Shown piece by piece: positions 35,917-47,155 of a DNA stretch of 64,000 nucleotides. The stretch lies in the NCBI RefSeq assembly GCF_027921745.1, contig NC_079238.1:4898001-4962000 (forward strand). The letters are read 5' to 3'. How positions within the stretch are numbered: position 1 is the first letter of the stretch; every line of letters starts with the position of its first letter. Source of the stretch: Schizosaccharomyces osmophilus. Taxonomy: Eukaryota. The translations under genes were made by a program, and so were the position numbers. The notes below the pieces were generated by a model. It was not told the origin of the DNA. It saw only the letters and a program-made list of their open reading frames with translations, and did not search any database.

Positions 35917-36926
35917 TCTTTTGGAAATCGGAAAAGGGAAGAAAGCAGGTGGTTTTACAACACGTTATGTCTTCAAAGCAAAAACTCGACTGCCGTTTGA
36001 GAGTAGAAAGGAAAAAAAATTGCTAGCTTATGCTCTTTGGCATCCAACGTCCTTCAAACCCGGAATTCGCGTTTTGCTGTCCTTGATGAAGACTGTGGTT
36101 GGGAAGGCACGCTTGGTTGTTTTCAAAATCATGAATTGAGAACAGCAGCTTTCCAATTTTACAAGCTGGAGATTTTATTTATACAATGTAATTTCGAATT
36201 GATTGTTTTCTTCGGTTTGCTGTTTGTCATTGTTTGTAGCCCAAGTGGTTTTCAAAGCACTTTTTTGCTGGGTTTGTAATGCAAGTTAAAAGAAAGAAAG
36301 ACTATTCTTAATCCATAAATAGGTAAAGAAAATGAACTTGAGCCACTACATGCTTGTTCCTGTATTGATGTGAATAACACTTTACCGTTGGTAAATTTTT
36401 CCAGCAGGAAAGACAAAGGTCTCATTGTAGGATGGAGCTTTTCTTTTGATTCTCCGAGGATTTATAAAGAAGTCGTTTGAATGGAGTATTGCTTTTAACG
36501 ATAGAATTGTTTTGCACCAATTCTAAAGACTCTGCGACATGTAAACAAACCAGAAACTTATCGGGTAAAGCTGCAGTGTATTTTTCTGTAATGAGTTGAG
36601 AGAAAGGACAATTGCATCGCAAAAAGCCCTAGCGTCTATATAGTTCTTTCTCCAAACGAAAAAAGAATTGTGTCTAAAACGGTTTCATGTATGTAGAACG
36701 ATAGACACCAATACGAATACTTTTCATCAAATGAATAGGACGAGAAATAAAGGAATTCTTAATTCTATAAGAAAACGCTTCATTTGCTATTCATGTATTT
36801 ATTGTTTATGATTTTCTTTTTCTCAGATACGCATTGTTTACATCGCTTAGATGTGGCTTTATTATAAGCTTATTACTCACTTAATATGTACCAGCATCCA
36901 CCTAGCATTCTTTAGATTCTTGCGAA

Positions 36927-38768
36927 ATGTGGAAAAACAAAAGATTTTATTTACTTATTTTCGTATTTGTTTCTTGTTTTTTTCTTTCGGCTCAATCGTC
37001 CCCGATTTTAACAGTTGAGAAGCTGAATGTGGATGACAAACAGCAAGATGGAAATCAAACTCCTGTAGTCATTTGGCATGGATTGGGTGATTCCTATAAT
37101 AGCATTTCACTCAACAGAATTGTGAAACGTGTGGAAGAAATCACAGGTGCTTCTGTTTTTGTGGTCCACATAGGTGATTCAGGATTTAGTGATTTGAAGG
37201 CTGGATATATTGGGAATGTGCAAGAGCAAATTGACGGTGTTTGCACTCAATTGTCTACTATGAAGGAGTTAAAAGATGGATTTCATGGCATCGGTGTGAG
37301 TCAAGGCGGACTCTTCCTTCGTGGTTTGCATGAAACCTGCGATTTCGTGAAAATCCGCACCTTAGTCACTGTCGGTTCACCACAGAATGGAGTTTTTAAT
37401 TTCCCAGGATGCTCTGTGAAAAACTTCATATGCCAAGCAGCCAGCAAGTCCGTTTTGGCTTTGGGTGCTTGGAATGCTTGGGTTCAGACCCACATTGTGC
37501 AAGCTCAATATTTCCGCACGGAAAAGAACTATGAGAAGTATTTAGAGAACAGCCAATTTCTGGCAAGGATTAACAATGAAATTGATCACGAGGACATGAG
37601 CTTGTACAAGGAAAAAATGGAACAACTAGAGAAGTTTGTACTAATTACCTTTGCTACAGACAGCATCATTAGCCCTGTGGAGTCTTGTGGTTTTGGGTGG
37701 AAAGATGAGGAATCAGGAGCCCCTATTCCTATGAAAGAGCATTTCGGCTATGTGAACAATATTTTGGGATTGAAAACGCTAGACCAACAAGACAAAATTA
37801 CTAGCCTTTACTACCCAGGTTTCCATTTACAGTTGACAGAGAAACAGGTGGATGAATTAATCCGGACGTATTTGAAAGATGATACATCAACGATCATACA
37901 GCAAGAAATAGAGACTGTAAATCCCAAAGAAAATCCTTCTTTGCTTTTTCCGCTATATTCAGAGATGCTTGAACGGATCCAACGGGTTTCCAAAAAATTT
38001 CAGGAATCGAGAATGAATAAAAAGCTTCAGAAACGAGATTTTGTAGGAAGCGAGAATGCTAGTGTCAAATACTTACAAGACGTATCAACGGAAACAGACT
38101 CTGCTCCCAAATCGTTTGCAACAGAATTGTTTATGACTGTGTTTTCTCACTTCTTCTACCACGTTGATGATTTTTGGAAAAGCATCATGGAGCTGTTTTC
38201 ACTGATTCCCCAGATTATAGGTATAATGTACCTCACAGTGATGGTGACCAATCGCGAATTGGATACGTTCATGCAGTTTGGAGGTCAAGTTACAAATGAG
38301 GTCCTCAACTATGTTATCAAAATTGTAGTAAAACATCCTCGACCTTCCGATATTGTGTATGGCGTAGGATACGGCATGCCGAGCAGCCATTCTCAGTTTA
38401 TGGGATATTTCACTGCTTACATGATTTCGTGGGTGTACAAGTATCGAAAGGAAGAATGGAGCCATATTAGTTCTTTGGCAAAGATGGGTCTCTATTGTGG
38501 ATTATCTCTATGCGTATGCTCTAGTCGTTACCTGCTGAGTTATCATTCGCTTTCACAGGTGATTGTAGGATTCACGGCAGGTTTTGTATTTGGCTATTTG
38601 TGGTGCTGGTTTACGGGCCAATTGCGTCTTTTGGGAATTACCAAATGGATCTTAGAGTTTCCCGCCATAGAATGGGTGTACATTAAGGATACTCTCATTC
38701 ATAATAAAGAGAACCACAAGCGGGAATGGTTAGCGAGTCGGCAACAGAAGAGCCAAAAAAGACTGTAA
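36927..38768 (+). CDS. pdf1: Palmitoyl-protein thioesterase / dolichyl-pyrophosphate phosphatase fusion protein Pdf1
   Basis: Signal peptide; PPT1 motifs PVVIWHGLGD, GVSQGG and VQAQY; linker containing LQKR; PAP2 motifs KHPRP, YGMPSSHSQ and SRYLLSYH. Confidence 0.95.
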   Translation: MWKNKRFYLLIFVFVSCFFLSAQSSPILTVEKLNVDDKQQDGNQTPVVIWHGLGDSYNSISLNRIVKRVEEITGASVFVVHIGDSGFSDLKAGYIGNVQEQIDGVCTQLSTMKELKDGFHGIGVSQGGLFLRGLHETCDFVKIRTLVTVGSPQNGVFNFPGCSVKNFICQAASKSVLALGAWNAWVQTHIVQAQYFRTEKNYEKYLENSQFLARINNEIDHEDMSLYKEKMEQLEKFVLITFATDSIISPVESCGFGWKDEESGAPIPMKEHFGYVNNILGLKTLDQQDKITSLYYPGFHLQLTEKQVDELIRTYLKDDTSTIIQQEIETVNPKENPSLLFPLYSEMLERIQRVSKKFQESRMNKKLQKRDFVGSENASVKYLQDVSTETDSAPKSFATELFMTVFSHFFYHVDDFWKSIMELFSLIPQIIGIMYLTVMVTNRELDTFMQFGGQVTNEVLNYVIKIVVKHPRPSDIVYGVGYGMPSSHSQFMGYFTAYMISWVYKYRKEEWSHISSLAKMGLYCGLSLCVCSSRYLLSYHSLSQVIVGFTAGFVFGYLWCWFTGQLRLLGITKWILEFPAIEWVYIKDTLIHNKENHKREWLASRQQKSQKRL

Positions 38769-39010
38769 CTGTGATTATGAATTTGTTACGGGGATTGAAT
38801 ATTTAGGTATTTATTTTCGAAACTTGCAATGGATGAATATAGAAACGCATCGTGTATCGTAAACCCGTTCGCACTATGTAGCAGCAACGAAAACTTTTCT
38901 TAAAAACGAAACCATCCAAATAAATATGGATTAACAAATTCATTTCCATTGCTTTCTTCAAAAGCGCACCAAACCAAACACCGGTTGCGTTTTAGTGACA
39001 GTAAAAAATA

Positions 39011-39082
39011 TTCCGTCTGGGGGAATCGAACCCCCGCCGCATCGGTGAGAGCGATGAATCCTAGCCACTGGACCAAGACGGA
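39011..39082 (-). tRNA. tRNA-Glu(CTC)
   Basis: Minus strand reads TCCGTCTTGGTCCAGTGGCTAGGATT-CATCG-CTCTCAC-CGATG-CGGCGGGGGTTCGATTCCCCCAGACGGAA. T6 terminator at 39008-39003; TATA-like element about 30 nt upstream. Confidence 0.96.
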
Positions 39083-40659
39083 TTTCTTGTATACTATAGT
39101 AGAGAAGTAAGATATATTAAAATATTTTTTAAGTCGTTCTAGCAAAATTTCTTGAGGATGGTTTGGCATGTCAAAATAAGAATCAAATCCAATGGCTCAT
39201 GGTTCATGGTTCTAACAATTCACTTTTCTTCCTGCTTTGAGTATTTTCATTTCGTCCGGCGCATTGAGTATCCTTACATTTAGCGTGCCGGCAGAAAGCT
39301 GTGTTGACATGACAATTGCTACTTGAAAAAAAAAGTTTGACGAACTTACATGTTACTTAGCATAAAACCACATGGTCCGTTCCATTGGGCGTCGGCAATA
39401 GGACTGCTCGGCTTTTGTTATTTTTAAACTGCGAAACATCATAAGGGAAAGAGCAACTGTCGGAATGCCAAATTATAGTGTAGTGGAAAGTAGCTCAGTA
39501 AAATGTAAACAAAGAAAGAGTCGATCCTTGATTTTTTTAGCTTTCTAGGTTTGTTTTCTACGAAAATGAATTTTGAATCATTTTAATTTTCTTATATAAT
39601 TTATTAAAACAATGTCTTTCTATGTGTTCGTACATGGATTCTGGAATAACTGAGTTTTTGTAGTGGTTGTAGTGGCCAAAGAGTAATGTCTCCTTTTTGG
39701 AAGGAGTTGTAATATTTCGGGAATCGAGCTTCGACGGCCTCTTGATTTCTACAAAATTGCTTATTTTATTTTAATTTAGAAAATAATTCTTTTTGATGGT
39801 TTAGTTTGCTTGTTTGGGTTTTTTTTTTGCATTTCTCGTTTTTTGTTTACTAAAGCACTGCAGTACATCGGTTCCCAGTAACAATAGGTTACTCCAGGAA
39901 ACCCATTAACTTTACCGAAGAAGTTACCGAGGTAACGATATTTCTTATGTAAAAAAGTGCAAGAGAGGTACCCCACAAAATCGCGAGAAAGGCCGAATTC
40001 TAAACTTGCCCTTTTCCATTATTTTTTGTGCTTTTCGTACGTGGTTTTGCGCTAGCTATTGAATTCACGTCGGTTTCTTTGTGATTTCTTGGCATTTTCT
40101 GTGTGGAAAAGATCCTGTTCTTTTTCAATTCAAAAAGAACCATCAAATTTCCGTTGGATTCGGTATCCTTTGCAGTTTCTTTTTACTGCTTGTTTCGCGG
40201 ATAAGAACATTAGACACTCAAGTGGGTTTCGCCTTTTTTGTTTTGTACATCTTTCTTCCCATCGCTCATCCGTTGATTTTCCCTGTCTCACTTTCTTTAC
40301 GCCTGAATGTATCGATAAGCTCCCTAACTAGCCCTTAATTTCTCTTTTTCATTTTTTTTTCCTTAGGTTCGTCATTTCCTTTCGACCTTTAGTTGTAGCT
40401 CATCATCATATTCAAGCGGTGAAAGAAACTTTTCACCTTGTCGGGTTTTTCCCCACGTAGAAATCCTCGTTATTTGTTTCTCACCTTTTTTCTTTTTCTT
40501 TTTCTTGTGCTTTTTCAGTTGCTATTGCGTTTCTGTATTTTTGTGGATTTGGTATCGTGATTTCTCTTTCTTTTGTCTCAACATCCTTGTACGCCAGGCC
40601 TCTTCTATATTATTTCTATTTTGATATCGTTTCTTGCCATTCCTATATCTTGTACTAGT

Positions 40660-43110
40660 ATGGTGAACGACTCTTCTGCTGCTAATCAGAAAATATCCTT
40701 GTCTCATGCAACTCCAAATGACTCCGTCCTTGGGAAACGTCCCGTGGAAACCTCTGCTGTGCCAGAGGCGAAAAGACAAAATACCCTTCATCACCTTGCC
40801 CCATCCTCATCTTCTTCCTTGAACTCTCCATCTTCCGCTTCTACGAAAGAACACGTCAATCATGCTCCCCATAGATCTAATATTGCTTCTTTAATTGATT
40901 CTGTTAATTCTTCTTCCTTTCCTTTCTCTCCGTCCACCTCTACGCCCGATCAGCAATTACCTCCCGTGAAAACAAGTCAGTCTTCCGTGGACGCTCCTTC
41001 TCCGAAGGTTTCCCCCAGTGACACGGAAAATGATCCCCTCCATAGTCACACCTCGAACCCACGTCCTAATGCCGATGCACAGCTCACACCTTTCTCTCCA
41101 CCACACTCTCTGTCTCCTTCTTTTGACCGATCTCTTAATCCTGCTTACTATGCTCCGTACCGCCAGCCCAACGGGCCGCTTTGGGTAGAAGGCAGAGATT
41201 CCCTACCGAGTCTTGACATCCAGCTGCGGCTTGCAGACATATTTTTTATTTATGCTCATGGACAGCCTTATGTTTTATTTCATCGTGACTCTTTCATTGC
41301 ATCTCTGCGAGCTCAGCGCCTTCCTCCTATTCTAGTGCTTTCTATGTGCTCTATTGCTATACGCTTTTGGCAGACCGATGAGTATGATAAAAATGCGCTG
41401 CTTCAGCATTGTTTCAGTAAAGCTTCTTCCATCGCCATGTCCAATTTTGATAGATTAGATTTGGTCTATGTTGCGTGTTTCATTATGCTTTCTTACATCA
41501 GTGTTGCCGATGATAAGTATTGGATGTATACTGGCTTGGCCATCCGTATGTCTGTTGCCCTGCACCCAAACAAATGCTTTGATCTTCCTTATTATGATTC
41601 GCCGGAGAACCCATTACCTTCGGAAATCCGAGGTCAGTTGATACGCCGTCTCTTTTGGGACTGCTTTATGCTTGACCGTCTAAATTCACTATACTGCAAC
41701 TCGCAGTTTTTAAATTTGGAAGACATCCATGTGCCTTTGCCTATGCGCGAAAGTCTTTTCATGTACAATACCCGCGCTGTGACAGAGACCATATACGGAA
41801 GACCTGGTACAGCGGACATGCCTAGCGCTTCGAAGCCTGCAGACGCCAATTCATTCCAGGTGTTGAATCAGCATGCACAAAACAACATGGGAGTACTGGC
41901 GTACATGATCCGAATGGTATCAATTTGGGGAAGAGTCGTGCGTTGTTTGAAGGCTTATGGCTCCAAGAAGCAAATCAATCCACGTCCGTTTTGGCATATG
42001 TCAGGTGCTTTGCAGCCTCTTGACCAAGAATTATACGAATGGGAAAAGAGTCTTCCTCAGAGACTACGTTATACACGTCAATCTTTACTTTCGTATCACA
42101 TGAAAGGACAAGGAGGTCCGTTCGCATGTATGCATCTAATTTATCTTCAGGTACATTTGTATATTCATCGATATGCCGCCTCGGTTTCACCTTTGTTTCA
42201 CCGTCGTGTACCATCGCCTCCGCAGTCATTCGAAAAGCAGTCCGTACTGTTGGCAACATTTTGTGCGAATGCAATTGCAAGAATTCTTCACGATTGTGTG
42301 GAGCTATCTATATCGTTGGCAGCCCCATTTACTGCATACTCTGCCTATATGGCGGGAACCGTTATGCTTTTCCATGTCTCGAATCCTGACAATTCTTCTC
42401 AAGCAACCATCGCAACATCCAATTTGCCAAAAGTAAAACGTCATCTACAAGCAACCAAGCGCTACTGGCCAACGATTGCAGAGTATTCGAATGCTTTGGA
42501 AAGTTTATCCAAACTTGTCTCCCGAAGCCCCGCTACAGCTACCAAGGTCGTTTCTTCCGTACCAAATGCTGCTAATAATCAAGGTCGGTATGCGGCTCCA
42601 AGGCAAGGACCAGCCCTTAGCACTGTGCCAAACAATGTGCCTATCAAACCCGTTCCCTTGTCTGCAAATATTCCTTATACCGCCACATCTAGTTCAACTA
42701 AGGGAAGTACGTTAGCGGACCTTGCTTACGATACACAAATATCACGACCGGTGCCTGCGCCCGGGGTGGCTTCAAGCGGTTCACCACAAGGGTTGGCTTT
42801 TGAAAACCGGATCTCTCTTATACCCAATGCGGTGAATTTGGTTTCACAACCACCACCACCTCCTCCTGCATTCTCGTCATTTCCTGCAGCGAATGCTACT
42901 GCTTCGATGATTAAGGAGTATGCGAAAAAGGTCGACATAGATCCGGATTTGGTCCGTGTGGTATCACTATGCGATTGGTTCAAGAATCCAGTAGATGAGC
43001 TTGCCTTGAATAAGCCTCTACAACTCGACTCGTCGGATGAACAAGAAAAAGCTGCGATAGACATTGGCCGTCACAACACCGCACTGAACCTTTGGAAGTA
43101 TGGTATGTAA
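40660..43110 (+). CDS. Fungal-specific transcription factor (Fungal_trans/middle homology region) with no visible Zn2Cys6 cluster; probable SPBC530.11c ortholog
   Basis: WMYTGLAIRMSVAL and RRLFWDCFMLDR...DIHVPLP; S/P-rich N-terminus. First ATG is at 40660. Confidence 0.85.
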   Translation: MVNDSSAANQKISLSHATPNDSVLGKRPVETSAVPEAKRQNTLHHLAPSSSSSLNSPSSASTKEHVNHAPHRSNIASLIDSVNSSSFPFSPSTSTPDQQLPPVKTSQSSVDAPSPKVSPSDTENDPLHSHTSNPRPNADAQLTPFSPPHSLSPSFDRSLNPAYYAPYRQPNGPLWVEGRDSLPSLDIQLRLADIFFIYAHGQPYVLFHRDSFIASLRAQRLPPILVLSMCSIAIRFWQTDEYDKNALLQHCFSKASSIAMSNFDRLDLVYVACFIMLSYISVADDKYWMYTGLAIRMSVALHPNKCFDLPYYDSPENPLPSEIRGQLIRRLFWDCFMLDRLNSLYCNSQFLNLEDIHVPLPMRESLFMYNTRAVTETIYGRPGTADMPSASKPADANSFQVLNQHAQNNMGVLAYMIRMVSIWGRVVRCLKAYGSKKQINPRPFWHMSGALQPLDQELYEWEKSLPQRLRYTRQSLLSYHMKGQGGPFACMHLIYLQVHLYIHRYAASVSPLFHRRVPSPPQSFEKQSVLLATFCANAIARILHDCVELSISLAAPFTAYSAYMAGTVMLFHVSNPDNSSQATIATSNLPKVKRHLQATKRYWPTIAEYSNALESLSKLVSRSPATATKVVSSVPNAANNQGRYAAPRQGPALSTVPNNVPIKPVPLSANIPYTATSSSTKGSTLADLAYDTQISRPVPAPGVASSGSPQGLAFENRISLIPNAVNLVSQPPPPPPAFSSFPAANATASMIKEYAKKVDIDPDLVRVVSLCDWFKNPVDELALNKPLQLDSSDEQEKAAIDIGRHNTALNLWKYGM

Positions 43111-43665
43111 CGGGGGGAGGTCGCTGTACTATTCTCACGTTACTAGGCCTACTTACTAGCAGTAAGGCATTTGGTATTGTATATTTATTCTATGTCATCT
43201 TTTGTTATAATCCTTCTTTTTTTGGGCGGACTATTCCATAAAAAGTCCGCATATTGTTTATGCTATTTTATGTTATAGAACGCAAAACTCATGAAGTTTC
43301 TTGTTTAATGTTTATATGTAAATGGAGAAGAATAATAGATATCAATGACTAATTCCTGAACACAGATCTTCTCACTACACTGGTCGGCGCGTCTTGTTTT
43401 TAAGAAACAAAAATGTGGTTTTGCTGGACCAGAAGTTGACCAAAGGAGTTTGTTAAAAAAGTTCCCCCCAAAAAAAAAGAACAAACTTACAAAAAGAATG
43501 AGAATTAATAATTTTTCATTTCTATTATAATACAATTCTTATTATTTATCTCCAATGTAAACAGTCGGTTTGTGTGTACCGGTACGGTAAACACTTTCTG
43601 GACGGATGATAGTGCTCGGTATATCCGATTGAAAACTTGTGAAATATGGTTTCTTCCGAAACGTA

Positions 43666-43950
43666 ATTGGTTAGCTTAATCCAATCACACAAAAAATAAA
43701 CACAAAGTATGACATCACTTTACATTGAAAACCAATAATACCAAAGAATGGAAAACCCTAATTGGTTATTGTTATTTACTTTAAGTAACATTGGAGCCAA
43801 ACAAAGGAAATTATTGGAGGAACAATTAGAGTTGAGCACCGGAGAGAAGCGGGTTGCTGACCAATCACCTTAGCTGGTGGGGTTCCGTTAACGACAGCAA
43901 TGGTGGAGTATGTGACTGTCATTATCACGGAAATGGATTCATATATAAAG
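43666..43950 (+). promoter_or_regulatory. anc1 promoter: seven CCAAT/ATTGG boxes, HomolD-like TGTGACTG (43911-43918) and TATA box (about 43942-43949)
   Basis: Motifs read directly at 43666, 43681, 43732, 43761, 43790, 43813 and 43861. Confidence 0.65.
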
Positions 43951-44193
43951 GGAAATGGGCACCGAGACCATCAACTCCCCCCTCTCTCTTACCTTTAACC
44001 AACTTCCAACAGGACTTATCAAGAACAAACCGTTATTTAGCGATTTTTCTTGGAATCTTCTAACTTTTAATAAACGTAAATTAAAGAAAACTGTTTCTTC
44101 TTCCGTAATATTTCGAAGAAGCGGTGATTTGAAAGATATAGAAGATATTGCATATCGTATAGGACCCTTTCTTTTTAATTATCATTAATCAAA

Positions 44194-45153
44194 ATGGCTT
44201 CTCCTCAACAGCCCGCTGCTCCCATCAGCCCCAACCTTTTGTCCGAGCAAAAGAAATCCACTTTTGTCTTTGACTTTCTTATGGGTGGTGTCTCTGCTGC
44301 TATCTCTAAGACTGCTGCCGCCCCCATTGAGCGTGTCAAACTATTGATTCAAAACCAAGATGAGATGATCCGCGCTGGCCGTCTTTCTCACCGTTATACC
44401 GGTATTGGTGAATGTTTCAGACGTACTGTAGCCGACGAGGGTGTTGTTTCTCTCTGGAGAGGTAACACTGCTAACGTTTTGCGTTACTTCCCTACTCAAG
44501 CTTTGAACTTTGCTTTCAAGGATAAGTTCAAGGCCATGTTTGGTTACAAGAAGGACAGAGATGGCTATGCCAAGTGGATTTTTGGTAACTTGGCCTCTGG
44601 TGGTGCTGCTGGTGCCACTTCTCTTTTGTTTGTCTACTCTTTGGATTATGCCCGTACTCGTTTAGCTAATGACGCCAAGTCTGCCAAGAAGGGTGGTGAG
44701 CGTCAATTCAACGGTTTGATTGATGTCTACCGTAAGACTGTCGCTAGTGATGGTCTCCGCGGTTTGTACCGTGGTTTCGGTCCTTCCGTTGCTGGTATCA
44801 TTGTTTACCGTGGTTTGTACTTTGGTATGTACGATACCTTGAAGCCCATTGTCTTGGTTGGTCCTTTGGAAGGTAACATCTTGACCTCTTTCTTGCTCGG
44901 TTGGTGTGTCACCATTGGCTCCGGTATTGCTTCTTACCCCTTGGATACCATCCGTCGTCGTATGATGATGACCTCTGGTGAAGCCGTCAAGTACAGTTCT
45001 TCCTTGCAATGCTTCCGTCAAATCGTCGCCAAGGAAGGTACTCGCTCTTTGTTCAGAGGTGCTGGTGCTAACATTCTCCGTGGTGTTGCTGCTGCTGGTG
45101 TCCTTTCCATCTACGATCAAGCTCAACTTTTGATTGCTGGCAAGAAGCTTTAA
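44194..45153 (+). CDS. anc1: Mitochondrial ADP/ATP carrier Anc1
   Basis: [21 protein letters not shown] and the RRRMMM signature; strong codon bias. Confidence 0.98.
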   Translation: MASPQQPAAPISPNLLSEQKKSTFVFDFLMGGVSAAISKTAAAPIERVKLLIQNQDEMIRAGRLSHRYTGIGECFRRTVADEGVVSLWRGNTANVLRYFPTQALNFAFKDKFKAMFGYKKDRDGYAKWIFGNLASGGAAGATSLLFVYSLDYARTRLANDAKSAKKGGERQFNGLIDVYRKTVASDGLRGLYRGFGPSVAGIIVYRGLYFGMYDTLKPIVLVGPLEGNILTSFLLGWCVTIGSGIASYPLDTIRRRMMMTSGEAVKYSSSLQCFRQIVAKEGTRSLFRGAGANILRGVAAAGVLSIYDQAQLLIAGKKL

Positions 45154-46009
45154 ATAGCCTAAATGCCCGGTTTTCATATACCTGACTTCTTACTTTTGCT
45201 TTTACGACTTCCCCTTCTTTTATCAGTGTCTTGTGGATATTGATGTAACCTGTTTGAAGAGAAAGAACTAAAATATCGTGCATGGAAAAAGTGCGCAAGT
45301 GTGTGAGTAGACTTCAGCTTTCGAAAAGTTCAATGTTTAACACTCATACATACTTGGTTTTTGTCCTTTTTGACTAAATTTCCCATTCTTACATTACAAT
45401 CCCTAGACAGAAGATGATTTCTATAATCATCGAATTGAAATACCTATCTTTCTTTTAACAAAGGTTCTTTGTATTTACAGTCATGAATGAATGTTCCTGC
45501 AGTATAACCATTTGATTGTTGAATTAACTTTGTAGTATGTGCTTGTAGTGTAGTGTCCTCATGCTTCTTGCAGAATTGAAGTAGTAGTGTGTACGAAAAA
45601 CAAAAGGTTTTCAATTACACTATGAAGTATGGTTTTTTTTTCTTGACAATGCGTTTACGAGTTTGTATGTATGAACGACAAAGATGAGTATTGTATGTGT
45701 GTACGTACCTACGGTATTGTTGAAACAAGTCAAAGACCCTTGTTCTTACCAACTACTCTAGTATCAGTAGGAAAGCGTTGGATTTCTCTGTCAATATCTT
45801 TACATAAAACTACTCATTGATACAGGAAGAAGATCTTCAACAACGTACATAAAAGAGGCATTTGATCTCATTTGGCTGATTGAAGTAAGTTCTTTAATCC
45901 TCAGCAATATCGTTGTTTCCCATACCCATATCATTCCATACATTGTTTATATTCAATTTTTTGGCGTTGTTCATTCATCGTTTGGTCTTCTTACAGTTTT
46001 TAACATACA

Positions 46010-46948
46010 ATGAGTTCTCTAGTAAGACTTACATATGGGATCTTATTTTCACTGATCTTCCTGACGAAGTTTGCAAGATGCGTTCCATTCCATCCTACAA
46101 AACGAGCATCAGAAGACAAAGGAGAGTCATTTTGCTCGCTTCATCATCCTGGAACGGGAGAGTTTTATGATTTGAGTCCACTATCCCGGTCAAATCTATC
46201 TGCGAAAGGGGACTACAATGTTTCTGGATATGACTATGGAGTCAACTTTACGCTCAATTTGTGTAAGCCTGTGACAAGCAACATTTCAAATTATGCTTTT
46301 GCAGGGGACATTCCTTCTCCGGAATCCATAGGTGGATTTTTTACGGATGAAAGAAAGCGTCTGTTTTCCATAGGTGAGACATCTTACCAACCCTATTTTC
46401 GAGGTAAAAAATTGATTATGGAGTTGGAAAATGGTTCTATTTGCCCTTCTTCCGATGATCTTCGAATGAGATCTATTATTAGCTTTAGCTGCAATCGTGA
46501 TCCTTATGCATCTTCGTCTATTTCTTACATTGCGAATGTCTTTGATTGTGCTTATTTTTTTGAGTGGAAAACGATACATGCTTGTCCAACAGTGAAGAAA
46601 GAGACTACTTTAAACCCATTCTCGGTCTTTCTAATATTTTGTACTGTTGCTTTCCTGGCCTACTTTGTGGGTGGATGCATGTATAATCGTGCTATTTTCA
46701 ATGCTCGTGGTTTACGACAAATACCAAATTACGACTTGTGGAATTCCATGCTTAGTTTCATCGTTGTACGTCTTCAAATCTTTTTTCACCTTCCAAGCTA
46801 ATTAACATTTTAGGATTTTACCATTATCGCTTTTACTTCTCTCGGTTCCTGTTTCAACTTTCGAAAGCCAAGCGGAATTCGCCTTGGTGAAGGGACTATG
46901 AATAACATGGAAGACGCTTTAATAGACGACATTGACACGAATGCTTAA
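46010..46948 (+). CDS. mrl1: Cation-dependent mannose-6-phosphate receptor-like cargo receptor Mrl1. Exons 46010-46765 and 46814-46948
   Basis: Signal peptide; MRH domain (FYDLSPL, FTLNLC, CAYFFEWKT); TM helix; RQIPNY. Intron GTACGT...TAG adds an acidic tail containing EDALI. Confidence 0.9.
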
Positions 46949-47155
46949 ACCATTCTTTAATCTACTTTATTTTCCACTCGAAAAATCTTTTACTGTCTTT
47001 TGCCTTACGAACACATTTTGCCCTTATGGTTAACTTTCGAATCGATGCAACAATACGTACTCTGTATTTGTGTTGTCAAATTAAGCTAACTCAAGTCAGC
47101 ATCTATAATTATTATGACTAATTACAACTTCTTATTTTAAAAAATGACATTAGAA

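Noticed and set aside
43226..43250. GCGGACT-N11-AGTCCGC hairpin in the TF 3' region
   Set aside because: Only 7 bp; no accompanying H/ACA or other RNA-family features.
44662..45177. 171-aa antisense ORF overlapping anc1
   Set aside because: Expected shadow of strong codon bias in a highly expressed gene; no recognisable motif.
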